DNA of 64,000 bases from Alphaproteobacteria bacterium (GCA_965229605.1 OZ245892.1:446-64445); one strand, 5' to 3'. Shown: positions 8,167 to 17,850, counted from the first letter of the stretch. The notes: generated by a model from the letters alone, not told the origin. Made by a program: numbers and translations.

Positions 8167-8927
8167 GTGAAACCCATAAAAAAATCGGGCTGGTAACCGG
8201 GGCTGGAAGCGGAATTGGCCGGGCCTGCGCCCTTGGCCTGCATCAGGCCGGATTCCGGCTTTATCTGGTGGGGCGGCAAAAAGAGACCTTGCAGAAAACC
8301 TGCGATCTTGCGCCAGATGGCTCTGCGGATGATCTGATTATCCATCCGTGTGATTTAACCATTGATTCCGATGTTGACCGTTTGTTTGCCCGAATTGCCG
8401 ATGAATCCGGACGGCTCGATCTGGTGTTTAATAATGCCGGAACCAGCGCCCCGGCGATTTCCCCGGATGAACTCTCCATGGACAGTTGGCGCAAGGTGAT
8501 GGATATCAATGTCACGGCCCTTTTTAATTGTGCGCGCCAGGCCTTTGGCTTGATGAAAAAGCAGAACCCGCGTGGGGGAAGGATTATCAATAATGGATCG
8601 ATTTCAGCCCAGACCCCGCGCCCGTTTTCTGCACCCTATACGGCCAGCAAACATGCGGTCACGGGTTTGACCAAGGCCCTTTCGCTGGATGGCAGAGAAT
8701 TTGATATCTGTTGCGGGCAAATTGATATTGGCAATGCGGCCACCGATATGACGCAGCGGATGAATGACGGGGTCTTGCAAGCCGATGGAGAATTGCGCCC
8801 GGAACCCTGCATCAATGTCAAGGATGTGGCAGATGCGGTTTGTGCGATGGCGGCAATGCCTTTGACGACAAATGTTCTTTATTTCAATGTGATGGCAAAC
8901 CGGATGCCGTTTGTTGGTCGCGGTTAG
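8163..8927 (+). CDS. Short-chain dehydrogenase/reductase (SDR)
   Basis: 254 aa with TGAGSGIGRA, NNAG and YTASKHAV motifs. Its start overlaps the upstream stop (ATGA). Confidence 0.85.
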   Translation: MSETHKKIGLVTGAGSGIGRACALGLHQAGFRLYLVGRQKETLQKTCDLAPDGSADDLIIHPCDLTIDSDVDRLFARIADESGRLDLVFNNAGTSAPAISPDELSMDSWRKVMDINVTALFNCARQAFGLMKKQNPRGGRIINNGSISAQTPRPFSAPYTASKHAVTGLTKALSLDGREFDICCGQIDIGNAATDMTQRMNDGVLQADGELRPEPCINVKDVADAVCAMAAMPLTTNVLYFNVMANRMPFVGRG

Positions 8928-9846
8928 CATTCAGGGGGGTAGTAGATGACCCGGTAAGGATGCGGCAGAGGATTTTGATAATCACATGATCACTTAGATC
9001 AGGGGTGCAATAGAGGAAATTATCGACTGTTGCCAGGTCCGCCAGATCGTCATAGGCGGTGCAGTCAATTCTCTCCAGCCCGTCAATTTCTGGAGAATCT
9101 GTGGCGAGCAAGAAGCCGATTCCCTGATTGGCGGCGATCATGCGGATAAAGGCTTCGCGGCTGGACACTTCTGCCAGAATATTGGTGTCGAGGCCAAGAC
9201 GATGATGGATTTGATCTTGTAGAATACGGGTCAACGAGCCTTTGGTGCGCGATACAACTGGATATTGGGCGAGCATTTCCTTTAGCCCGTTTAGATCAAG
9301 TCTGTTCCGGGGTGTTTTCTTATCCGGCGACTTCAGGAGGAAGAGTTTGCTTTTTCCAAGCCAGATTCGGCTAAGCTGGTTGTTATCATTCAGATAGGCA
9401 TCATCATCAGAGCGATGGGCGATGAGGATATCAATTTTACCGGCCGCCAGCATTTCAACGAGATGCGCATGATTGCTGTCGAAGAAGCGCACGAGATATT
9501 TATCTGACACTTTATTGAGCGAATCGATGACGGGCAGCACCTGCGAGATGCCTTCAACGCCGAGGTTAAAGGTTTTGGTGCGTCTATTTTTTGCTTTTTT
9601 CAGCAGTTTGGTGATATTTTTCTCGGCTGAAAAGAGCGGGTCAGTTTTCTTTTTTAAGGAGCGGCCGATAGGGGTGAGTTCAATCGCATTGGCTTTGCGG
9701 CTGAATAACTGGATATTGTAATAGGCCTCCAGTTCCTTGATTTGTGTAGATATTGTGCTGGGGACGATATTGAGATACTGGGAGGCCGCAAAGACGCTGC
9801 CGTAATGGGCTGTCCAGTGGAAGCTTCTGATCCATTTATATTGCAT
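8884..9846 (-). CDS. LysR-family transcriptional regulator
   Basis: 320 aa. The N-terminal HTH is GSVFAASQYLNIVPSTISTQIKELE. Its 3' end overlaps the convergent SDR gene by 44 nt. Confidence 0.85.
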   Translation of the reverse strand: MQYKWIRSFHWTAHYGSVFAASQYLNIVPSTISTQIKELEAYYNIQLFSRKANAIELTPIGRSLKKKTDPLFSAEKNITKLLKKAKNRRTKTFNLGVEGISQVLPVIDSLNKVSDKYLVRFFDSNHAHLVEMLAAGKIDILIAHRSDDDAYLNDNNQLSRIWLGKSKLFLLKSPDKKTPRNRLDLNGLKEMLAQYPVVSRTKGSLTRILQDQIHHRLGLDTNILAEVSSREAFIRMIAANQGIGFLLATDSPEIDGLERIDCTAYDDLADLATVDNFLYCTPDLSDHVIIKILCRILTGSSTTPLNANRDQQTASGLPSH

Positions 9847-9900
9847 GGTTGTCTCTCCTTGATTGGGAGGACAAAAAGCATCTCATTTATAGATTGTAAA

Positions 9901-9920
9901 GCCCGTATCTCTTTACGGGC
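9901..9920 (-). terminator. Small hairpin enclosing the stop codon of the SPOR-domain gene
   Basis: GCCCGTA (9901-9907) pairs with TACGGGC (9914-9920). On the minus strand it is followed only by TTTACAAT, a weak U-tract. Confidence 0.35.
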
Positions 9921-11268
9921 GAATCAGAAAACAGTCCTGGCCACGGGCACGGATATTTGCACAGAGATTGATCGCCGCCCCTTCATCGGGAAGCGGACCA
10001 ACCCGCACCCGAAAATAGGGCTTGCCGTTGACCTGCACGGGCTCGATGCCCAGGGTGAGGCGTTGAAGCAGGTCCGGGTGCAAGGCCTGTTGCGCCCGCC
10101 AGAAGGATTCGGCTTCTTGCTGAGATTTCAGGGCCGCCAGCTGGATTCGCCAGGGGTTTGGCCCGCCTGCCGGGTTTTGGAGGGCCGGGTTTTGGAGAGT
10201 TGTATTTTGTGGAACTGGATTTTGGGAAACTGGCGATAAACTGGCTTGTTGTTGAGCGGCTTGTTGTTGCGCTACCTGCTGTTGCGATTCAGCTTGAGGG
10301 GCAACACGCGGGGCGGGCAAACTGTCATCGGGTTGCGGCACCGCCCCATTTTGAGAAACGGCGGCGTTATCTGGCGCCGCAGGTTGCGGGTCTGTAATCG
10401 CTTCTGGCTCCAGCTGAGAACCAAAGGCCGCAGGCAGCCTTGTTTGATCAATACGTTCGGCCTCGACAGCGATGTCCTCGGGGGACAAGGGCGGCGGATT
10501 GACAATACTGGGCAAGTCCGGGCTGGATAATTCTCCGGTATCTCCTGAAGGCGCCCGCTCGCCTTGCCGCTCCAGCGTGCCAAGAAGCGGACGCATCGGG
10601 TCTTCCGGGGCTGGCAGCAAGGCTTCAATCTGGTCCGGGTCTTCTTGCCCGTCAAGCTGGCCATCCAGCTGGCTGTAAATTTGTGGCACCGGATCAGGGA
10701 TCGGCAACCCGCCCGGGGCGTCCGGCGCACTTTTAATCGGCCCGGTGGCCTGCAAGGTGGGGGCGGCAGCTTCTGACCCTTTCAGCACCCCCTGATTATA
10801 GGCATACCAGACTCCGGCCCCGATCAACAATGTGCCAAGCAGCATAATTAGCAACAGGAAATAATTGATCCCGCCAGCCGATGCGGCAAGCAGCGGGGCC
10901 TGCAAAGAGCTTTTCAAAACTGAAGACTGGCCTTTTTCGGTTGTTTGGGATTTTGACGTTTGGGCTCTTTGTTTTTGGGGTCTTGCCGGTTGAGAGGCAT
11001 CGGACGCCCGGTCGTTTCTCTCTTGAGAACTGGCCTGATAATTGTCTTGGTAATCGTCTTGATAACTGGCATCCTGGCTGGAACCTATACGCTTGCCAGG
11101 CCTCAGCAAATCATCAGACTGTCCGCCATCATCCAGATCATGCGGGAGATTACGTTGGGCCATATCATGTCGAGTTGGGGCACCCGGTCTTTTGTTTTGA
11201 ACCGATGTCAGGCTGCGTTCTAATTCTTGTAAATCATCCATAAGAGGTCGCTTTAGAAAATTCGTCAA
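9913..11268 (-). CDS. SPOR domain-containing protein (septal peptidoglycan binding), with a low-complexity linker
   Basis: The C-terminus WRIQLAALKSQQEAESFW...YFRVRVGPLPDEGAAINLCANIRARGQDCFLI is SPOR-like. There is a central TM segment and Q/P-rich repeats. The start is uncertain (TTG 11268 or ATG 11241). Confidence 0.75.
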   Translation of the reverse strand: MTNFLKRPLMDDLQELERSLTSVQNKRPGAPTRHDMAQRNLPHDLDDGGQSDDLLRPGKRIGSSQDASYQDDYQDNYQASSQERNDRASDASQPARPQKQRAQTSKSQTTEKGQSSVLKSSLQAPLLAASAGGINYFLLLIMLLGTLLIGAGVWYAYNQGVLKGSEAAAPTLQATGPIKSAPDAPGGLPIPDPVPQIYSQLDGQLDGQEDPDQIEALLPAPEDPMRPLLGTLERQGERAPSGDTGELSSPDLPSIVNPPPLSPEDIAVEAERIDQTRLPAAFGSQLEPEAITDPQPAAPDNAAVSQNGAVPQPDDSLPAPRVAPQAESQQQVAQQQAAQQQASLSPVSQNPVPQNTTLQNPALQNPAGGPNPWRIQLAALKSQQEAESFWRAQQALHPDLLQRLTLGIEPVQVNGKPYFRVRVGPLPDEGAAINLCANIRARGQDCFLIRP

Positions 11269-11357
11269 TCAGGGCCTTGCCCTGCACCCATGATTCCTTT
11301 CCTCGCAATTATAATACCATCGCGCCAATCAGCCCCGATAATCATATAAAACGGGTG

Positions 11358-12056
11358 CTAATATTTGCGCAATAACCCCACCAGACGCCCTTGTATCCGC
11401 ACATCGCCCGGCGGATAAAAATGCGTTGCATAATGCCGGTTTGCAGGCTCAAGCGCGATTTGATTATTTTGAACGTTAAACCGCTTCAACGTGGCTTCGG
11501 ATTCCTCAATCAGGGCGACAACAATATCCCCAATCTCGGCCCGTTCGCGCCGTTCAATCACAACCGTGTCGCCGTCAAAGATACCGGCCTCAACCATCGA
11601 ATCCCCTTCAATTTCAAGGGCATAATGATCACCCTTCCCCAGCATGGTCCCCGGCACTTCAACCATCATGCTTTCATCGCGCAAGGCTTCAATCGGGGTG
11701 CCCGCCGCAATCCGTCCATAAAGCGGAATCTGTATAATCGGCCCGGAGGTCGGACGGAGCATCGCTGGACGGCTGCCAAAAGTCTCCCGGCGTGCCTTGT
11801 CAGCCCGGCGAGTGCGAATCGGCAAGGCTTCCCGGTCTATATTTTCAGGCAGGCGCAAAACCTCCAGCGCGCGGGCGCGATTAGGCAAGCGACGCAAAAA
11901 TCCACGCTCCACCAGCCCTTCCAGCAGCCGATGAACGCCTGATTTCGATTTTAAACGCAATCCATCGCGCATTTCATCAAAAGACGGCGAAACCCCGTAT
12001 TTTGCCAGATGAGTATGGACCAGAATCAACAGGTCATATTGTTTGCGGGTCAGCAT
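11358..12056 (-). CDS. lexA: LexA repressor
   Basis: 232 aa. [13 protein letters not shown]...[29 protein letters not shown] is the winged helix. The C-terminal S24 peptidase motifs are GDSM and the later KR. Confidence 0.9.
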   Translation of the reverse strand: MLTRKQYDLLILVHTHLAKYGVSPSFDEMRDGLRLKSKSGVHRLLEGLVERGFLRRLPNRARALEVLRLPENIDREALPIRTRRADKARRETFGSRPAMLRPTSGPIIQIPLYGRIAAGTPIEALRDESMMVEVPGTMLGKGDHYALEIEGDSMVEAGIFDGDTVVIERRERAEIGDIVVALIEESEATLKRFNVQNNQIALEPANRHYATHFYPPGDVRIQGRLVGLLRKY

Positions 12057-12110
12057 TTTTGTCTCGCATAGAAATAGAAGCAGGATAGCTTTAGGCTAAT
12101 ATTATGTTAT

Positions 12111-12125
12111 GATCTATATTTGTTC
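12111..12125 (-). promoter_or_regulatory. Possible degenerate alphaproteobacterial SOS box upstream of lexA
   Basis: The minus strand reads GAACAAATATAGATC, i.e. GAAC-N7-GATC against the GAAC-N7-GAAC consensus. A TTGACA hexamer lies just upstream (12139-12134, minus strand). Confidence 0.2.
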
Positions 12126-12158
12126 TTTTTCAATGTCAATAAAAAATTACAGGAGTCA

Positions 12159-13397
12159 TTAACTTCCAATACCCTCCAGCCGCTCCTGACGTTCAAAATA
12201 GAGGTCAAGGGCCTGAATAACCCCCTCCATCACCTTCTTTCGGTAGGCATCGGATTTCAGATTCTTTGTATCCTCCCTGTTCGATAAATAGCCAAGTTCA
12301 ATAAGAACAGAAGGGACTTTCGGAGATTTCAGCACAGCAAATCCGGCAAAACGGTGCGGAGAGGACAGCATCCGCACTTTTGGAGACAAGCGATCAACCA
12401 GCATTTCTGCCAGATGCCAGGAGCTTTGATTGACGCTTTGCTGGGCAAGGTCGATCAGAATAGACGAGACTTCCGGGGTAAATTCATCGAGATTTGTTCC
12501 GGCGATAATATCTGATTTATTTTCCTTGCGGGCAAGGGCGGCGGCTTCGGCATCACTGGCGCGGTCCGACAGGGTATAGATAGACAGCCCGCGCAGGCTG
12601 GCCTTGGCATGACTGTCTGCATGGAGGGAGAGGAACAGATCGCCATTGACTTTATGCGCGGCTTCATAGCGTTTGCGCAAGGGGATAAACAGATCACGGC
12701 TGCGGGTCAGATGGGCATCATAGCGTCCGGTATTTTGCAAGGCCTTGGCCAGGGCCCGCGACACAGGCAGCACAATATCTTTTTCATAGGTGCCGTCCTG
12801 ACCAATCGCGCCGGGATCAACGCCGCCATGGCCCGGATCAATCACGATCATTGGCCGGTCCTTTCGTTGTTGCAGGGTGACCGGGGCGATCCGGGCTTGC
12901 TGCCGATCATTATCTGCCTGATATTCGGACCAGTCGTTCGAGGCCAGGGTGACGATTTTTTGCGCCCCCTGGTCTTCAACAAGATCAATCACCAGCCGGG
13001 GGCCGACCTCACTGGTGCGTTCAATACGAAAATGCTGCGACACTTTTGCGGCTTTCGACAGGTCAATCACCAGCCGCATGACCCCTGGTTTAAACAGGCC
13101 AATCCGGTAGCCCTGCATCACGCCAAGCCGGTGATCAGGCCGGGCGCGCACCCCTTGCCAGTCCACTTCGGGAATATCAACCACAACCCGGTTGGGGTCG
13201 GCCAGGGTAAAAATATGATAGGGCAGCGGGCGTTGGGCTTCGATCACAAAACGGGTGACCCCGTTGCTGGTGCCACTGCGCACATCCTTGATGGTGGTGT
13301 AAATTGATTCTTCCTGCGCCTGGCTGATGGCCGGATAAAAGCCGATGATCAGAACCAGAAGCAAATGCCAGACAAGAATCCTTAACTGGACCATCAT
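12159..13397 (-). CDS. N-acetylmuramoyl-L-alanine amidase (AMIN domain plus Amidase_3)
   Basis: 412 aa with a signal peptide. VIDPGHGGVDPGAIG and LSLHADS are Amidase_3 motifs. Confidence 0.85.
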   Translation of the reverse strand: MMVQLRILVWHLLLVLIIGFYPAISQAQEESIYTTIKDVRSGTSNGVTRFVIEAQRPLPYHIFTLADPNRVVVDIPEVDWQGVRARPDHRLGVMQGYRIGLFKPGVMRLVIDLSKAAKVSQHFRIERTSEVGPRLVIDLVEDQGAQKIVTLASNDWSEYQADNDRQQARIAPVTLQQRKDRPMIVIDPGHGGVDPGAIGQDGTYEKDIVLPVSRALAKALQNTGRYDAHLTRSRDLFIPLRKRYEAAHKVNGDLFLSLHADSHAKASLRGLSIYTLSDRASDAEAAALARKENKSDIIAGTNLDEFTPEVSSILIDLAQQSVNQSSWHLAEMLVDRLSPKVRMLSSPHRFAGFAVLKSPKVPSVLIELGYLSNREDTKNLKSDAYRKKVMEGVIQALDLYFERQERLEGIGS

Positions 13398-14419
13398 TGG
13401 GCCATCCGCTTTAAAAGAAAAGGGGCCAGTTCTCTGGCGGCTTGCGGCGGGGAAAGGTCCCCTGCATTTATCCGCTTTTCGATTGTCTGGCGTTTATCGC
13501 TAAAATCATCGGTGTCCGTTGCTTTTGCCATTTCCTGCAAGACCTCTGTTTTCAATTCATGGCTGAGCCAGTGGCGCATCTGCGCAGCCCGCCGTGCCGA
13601 TAAATGCCCATTGGCGAAAAGCTGGTGGCCGCTTTCTTCAATCGCGCCATAGGCTTCAGGCAGACCGGCACCGGTTTGTGATGAAACCGTCTGGACATGC
13701 GGGGCAGCAGATCGGCTGTCAACTGAGGTCCCCCTGAACATATGAAGTGCCGATTCATATTGGCTGGCGGCGGTTTGTGCCACGCTTTCCAGAATGCCAT
13801 CGGCTTTGGTGACAAAGATAAAATCAGCCAGTTCCATGGTGCCGCGCTTTAAGCCTTGCAACTCATCACCGCCTGCCGGAGCCAGCAGCAGAATATAGAG
13901 ATCGGACAAATAACGCGCCCGGGTTTCGGCCTGTCCGACTCCAACCGTTTCAAGGATAATCCGTGAAAAGCCAGCAGCATCCAGCAGGGATAGAACGGTG
14001 GCTGTCTGGGGACTCAATCCCTGTTCGGCCCCGCCAGACGCCGCCGGGCGAATGAAACAGTTTTTTTGGGCCGCCAGGTCGGGCATCCGGGTTTTATCGC
14101 CAAGAATAGACCCGCCGCTGACCGGGGAAGAGGGATCAATCGCCAGCACCGCCAGTTTTTCCCCCTTGCCAAGCATCTGTTTCCCCAGGGCTTCAATAAA
14201 GGTTGATTTGCCTGCGCCCGGCGGTCCGGTAATCGCCAGCCGCAAGCTGTTTGTCGTCTGTTTCTCGGAAGACGGTGTGCGGAGGGCAGAAATCAGGGCT
14301 TCGGCTGTGCGCCGGTCCTCTGGCCTGGTTGATTCGGCCAGCGTAATGGCTTTGGCAAGCAAACGGCGGTCATTTTGCTTGATTGCTGCCGCCCAGTCCT
14401 GAACCGCGCCGGCTTCCAT
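13394..14419 (-). CDS. meaB: MeaB/ArgK-type G3E GTPase (methylmalonyl-CoA mutase accessory)
   Basis: ITGPPGAGKSTFIEALG is the P-loop, followed by LAIDPSSPVSGGSILGDKTRM. Confidence 0.8.
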   Translation of the reverse strand: MEAGAVQDWAAAIKQNDRRLLAKAITLAESTRPEDRRTAEALISALRTPSSEKQTTNSLRLAITGPPGAGKSTFIEALGKQMLGKGEKLAVLAIDPSSPVSGGSILGDKTRMPDLAAQKNCFIRPAASGGAEQGLSPQTATVLSLLDAAGFSRIILETVGVGQAETRARYLSDLYILLLAPAGGDELQGLKRGTMELADFIFVTKADGILESVAQTAASQYESALHMFRGTSVDSRSAAPHVQTVSSQTGAGLPEAYGAIEESGHQLFANGHLSARRAAQMRHWLSHELKTEVLQEMAKATDTDDFSDKRQTIEKRINAGDLSPPQAARELAPFLLKRMAQ

Positions 14420-14429
14420 GTTCGGGACC

Positions 14430-15704
14430 CTAAACGGTTGTAAAGATTAAACTGGCGTTTGTTCCGCCGAACCCGAACGAGTTTGACAGAACAGTTTGTA
14501 TAGAATGATCCTGTGCTGTTAGCGGCACCAGATTCATATCGCATCCGGGGCTGGGGTCTGCCAGATTCAAGGTTGGCGGGGCCACCCCGGTTTGCAGACT
14601 TTTGAGGGCAAAGATGGCTTCAACGGCACCGGCGGCCCCCAACAGATGGCCGATAGAGGATTTGGTTGAGGACATGACGGCTTTCCCGGCATGATCGCCC
14701 AGCAGCCGTTTGACGGCCCCATGTTCGATTTCATCGCCAAGCGGGGTCGAGGTGCCATGGGCATTGATATAATCAATCGCTTCGGCTTCAAGCCCGGCAC
14801 TGCGCAAGGCCCCCTGCATGGCCCGGTAAGCCCCGTCGCCAGAGCTTGCCGGGGCGGTGATATGATGGGCGTCGCCGGAGAGACCATAGCCCGCAACCCG
14901 GCCATAAATCTTGGCTCCCCGGGCTTTGGCGCGGGTTTCTTCTTCCAGAACCAGCACCCCGGCGCCTTCGCCCATGACAAAACCATCGCGGCCCTGATCC
15001 CAGGGGCGGGAGGCTTCTTGCGGGCGGTCATTAAAGCCGGTTGAAAGGGCGCGGGCAGCACAAAATCCGGCAATCCCGATGTCGCAGACCGCAGCTTCGG
15101 TCCCGCCAGCCAGCATGACATCAGCATCGCCCAGCATAATCAGGCGCGCGGCATCACCAATCGCATGGGTGCCGGTTGCACAGGCGGTGACAACAGAATG
15201 ATTGGGGCCGCGACAATCATAGCGGATCGACACAAAGCCCGATGCCAGATTGATCAGATTGGCCGGGATAAAAAACGGCGATAACCGCCTTGGGCCGCGA
15301 TCTCTCAGGGTATAGCCGCCTTGCGTAATGCCATCCAGCCCGCCAATGCCAGAGCCGATAAGAACGCCGGTTCTGTTGGAATCCTCATCCGATTGCGGCC
15401 GCCAGCCACAATCCTCAATCGCCATATCAGCCGCCGCCAGCGCATAGGCGATGAAAGGCTCCATCTTGCGCTGCTCTTTGACATCAACCCACTCGTCAAT
15501 GCTATAGCCACCAGAAGCACGCTGCCCGGCTGGCAACTCCCCGGCAATCCGTGCCGGAAGATGAGACGAATCAAAACGCGTAATCGGGCCAATCCCCGAC
15601 TCCCCGGCAATCAACCGCTTCCAGGAATACTCAACCCCGACTCCCAAAGGAGACACAAGACCCATCCCCGTGACGACAACATGACGAAGCTGCATGATCA
15701 ACAA
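14430..15704 (-). CDS. fabF: 3-oxoacyl-[ACP] synthase II
   Basis: VVVTGMGLVSPLG, the active-site context ACATG, and HGTSTPLGD...FGFGGTN. The start is TTG 15704 or ATG 15695. Confidence 0.9.
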   Translation of the reverse strand: MLIMQLRHVVVTGMGLVSPLGVGVEYSWKRLIAGESGIGPITRFDSSHLPARIAGELPAGQRASGGYSIDEWVDVKEQRKMEPFIAYALAAADMAIEDCGWRPQSDEDSNRTGVLIGSGIGGLDGITQGGYTLRDRGPRRLSPFFIPANLINLASGFVSIRYDCRGPNHSVVTACATGTHAIGDAARLIMLGDADVMLAGGTEAAVCDIGIAGFCAARALSTGFNDRPQEASRPWDQGRDGFVMGEGAGVLVLEEETRAKARGAKIYGRVAGYGLSGDAHHITAPASSGDGAYRAMQGALRSAGLEAEAIDYINAHGTSTPLGDEIEHGAVKRLLGDHAGKAVMSSTKSSIGHLLGAAGAVEAIFALKSLQTGVAPPTLNLADPSPGCDMNLVPLTAQDHSIQTVLSNSFGFGGTNASLIFTTV

Positions 15705-15737
15705 GCAATATAGAAAATATACCGTCGCTACAGCGAA

Positions 15738-15986
15738 TTACTTGCTATTATCCGCAATAAAATCAATCGCATCCTTGATCGTCACGATCTTCTCGGCCGC
15801 ATCGTCAGGAATCTCGCAGTCAAATTCCTCTTCAAAAGCCATGACCAGCTCAACAGTATCAAGGCTATCCGCCCCAAGATCATCAATAAAATGTGCACCT
15901 TCAACCACCTTGTCATCTTCAACACCCAAATGCTCGACAACAATTTTCTTGATCTTCGATGCAATATCATCACGATTTGCGCTCAT
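15738..15986 (-). CDS. acpP: Acyl carrier protein
   Basis: 82 aa. The phosphopantetheine attachment motif is [20 protein letters not shown]. Confidence 0.95.
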   Translation of the reverse strand: MSANRDDIASKIKKIVVEHLGVEDDKVVEGAHFIDDLGADSLDTVELVMAFEEEFDCEIPDDAAEKIVTIKDAIDFIADNSK

Positions 15987-16362
15987 TCTATCATCCTTTT
16001 CTGCAACAAGTGAGTTATCCGCTTATAACAGAGCCCTACAAGCAGGACCACTATAAGATATGTATGTAAATACACTTGCCGTGATCCTCCTGTTTCGTCA
16101 AGGTTTCCGTACTATGAATTATAAAGAGAATGCAGCCAGCGATTCTTTCGAGAGCCTGTTGATCCCCAGAGTGATGAAGAATCAGACTCTTGCTTTATTT
16201 TCAATCACTATTGATTAAATTTTAATCATATTGGTGGGCTATTTTGAATCAATTATTTTTAATTCCCTGATTTATATAAAAATATTGGACTCGCACCAGC
16301 AGCAGAATATGGCACAACCTGTGAATAGTAACAGGCGCACTCTGTGAATAGCGGAATTATGT

Positions 16363-16379
16363 TAGGGTCAGGACCCTAG
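16363..16379. repeat. Short palindromic repeat TAGGGTCAGGACCCTAG
   Basis: Same palindrome family, 27 nt upstream of the amtB start codon. Confidence 0.8.
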
Positions 16380-16405
16380 AGGAATTGACATAAAGGAGAT
16401 TAAAA

Positions 16406-17749
16406 ATGGTGCAAGCCATACAAAAAAACATTTTGCGCTTAAATATTTTGCGCTTGGCAGGCTTTTCCCCCGTTCTATTGTTTGGCCTGGTTTTTTGGGG
16501 ACTGGGCGCAGAAACCGCCTTTGCTCAAGATACAGCGATTGATAAAGCAGATACCGCCTGGATGATTGTCGCCAGCGCACTCGTCTTGATGATGACTCTG
16601 CCAGGCCTTGCGCTGTTTTACGGCGGCATGGTGCGAAAGAAAAATGTCTTGGCAATCACAACACAGATTTTTGCCTCGGCCTGTATGTCGGCCTTGCTGT
16701 GGATGGTGCTTGGCTACTCGCTGGCCTTCGGCGACGGCGGCTCCCTCAACTGGCTGGTTGGCGGCTTTGACTATGTCTTCTTGAACGGGATCGGACTCGA
16801 AGATGCTGGCGGAACAATCCCCGACAGCCTTTTCGTCATGTTCCAGATGACTTTCGCCATCATCACCCCCGCCCTGATCACCGGGGCTTTTGCAGATCGC
16901 ATGAAATTTTCAGCCTCCCTGATCTTTCTCGGCAGCTGGATGCTGATCGTCTATGCCCCGGTTTGCCACTGGGTCTGGGGCGGCGGATTCCTTGGCGATG
17001 AAGGCGTGCTTGATTTCGCAGGCGGCACCGTCGTCCATATCAACGCCGGGATCGCCGGGCTGGTCGCTGCGCTGGTCCTTGGCCCCCGCCATAACTATCG
17101 TAAAGAAAATATGGCTCCGCATAACCTCGTCCTCAGCATGATCGGGGCCTCCTTCCTCTGGGTGGGCTGGTTTGGCTTTAATGCCGGGTCCGCCGTCGCC
17201 GCAGACGGGCTGGCCTCCATGGCGATGCTGTCAACCCAGATCGCCGCCGCCGCTGCTGCCATGGCCTGGATGGTCTTTGAATGGATGACCTATAAAAAAG
17301 CCAGCCTGCTTGGCATTATCTCCGGCGCAATCGGCGGGCTGGTCGCCATCACCCCGGCTGCCGGTTTTGTCGATCCACAAGGGGCACTGGTAATTGGCTT
17401 GCTGGCCGGTATGCTCTGTTTCTATGGCTCAACAAAGCTGAAAGCCATGCTGCGCTATGATGACAGCCTGGATGTCTTTGGCGTCCACGGCATTGGCGGC
17501 ATTGTCGGGGCTATCCTGACCGGTGTCTTTGCCCGCGAAGCGATTGGCGGCACCCCCGGGGCAATCGAAGGCAATGTCGGGCTGGTCTGGACCCAGATCA
17601 TCGGCCTGGTTTCCACCATTGTCTGGAGTGCCGTTGGCAGCTGGGTCCTTTTGAAGATCACTGGTGCACTGGTCGGCGGTCTGCGGGTTGAGCGCGATGT
17701 CGAGGTCGAAGGCCTGGACGTCAATCTGCATGGAGAAACTGTGCAGTAA
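16406..17749 (+). CDS. amtB: Ammonium transporter
   Basis: 447 aa and polytopic. Amt family signatures are DFAGGTVVHINAG and VHGIGGIVGAILTGVFA. An AAGGAG SD lies 8 nt upstream. Confidence 0.9.
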   Translation: MVQAIQKNILRLNILRLAGFSPVLLFGLVFWGLGAETAFAQDTAIDKADTAWMIVASALVLMMTLPGLALFYGGMVRKKNVLAITTQIFASACMSALLWMVLGYSLAFGDGGSLNWLVGGFDYVFLNGIGLEDAGGTIPDSLFVMFQMTFAIITPALITGAFADRMKFSASLIFLGSWMLIVYAPVCHWVWGGGFLGDEGVLDFAGGTVVHINAGIAGLVAALVLGPRHNYRKENMAPHNLVLSMIGASFLWVGWFGFNAGSAVAADGLASMAMLSTQIAAAAAAMAWMVFEWMTYKKASLLGIISGAIGGLVAITPAAGFVDPQGALVIGLLAGMLCFYGSTKLKAMLRYDDSLDVFGVHGIGGIVGAILTGVFAREAIGGTPGAIEGNVGLVWTQIIGLVSTIVWSAVGSWVLLKITGALVGGLRVERDVEVEGLDVNLHGETVQ

Positions 17750-17788
17750 ACTTGCCCCTTCTTGTATAGAATGGTTAAAGGGGTAAAA

Positions 17789-17824
17789 AACCTCCTGTCC
17801 CGTTGCTGACCGGGGCAGGAGGTT
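17789..17824. terminator. Strong 14-bp hairpin between amtB and the next gene, flanked by an A-run and a T-run
   Basis: AACCTCCTGTCCCG (17789-17802) pairs with CGGGGCAGGAGGTT (17811-17824) with one G-U pair. AAAAAA lies upstream but only TTT downstream, so the better U-tract is on the minus strand. Confidence 0.5.
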
Positions 17825-17850
17825 TCCCACTCCAGCTTTAGGAGAATATA

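Noticed and set aside
12609-13307. A 232-aa plus-strand ORF.
   Set aside because: It is an antisense shadow of the amidase gene, which has clear Amidase_3 motifs.
16060-16218. A 52-codon ORF (MYVNTLAVILLFRQG...) in the acpP-amtB spacer.
   Set aside because: It has no SD, lies in an AT-rich region where its length is unremarkable, and has no recognisable features. It could only be supported by ribosome profiling.
16310-16325. A possible sigma-54 promoter (TGGCAC) upstream of amtB.
   Set aside because: The -24-like TGGCAC is present, but the position where the -12 TTGC(A/T) should sit reads GTGA. The critical GC dinucleotide is missing, so I do not call it.
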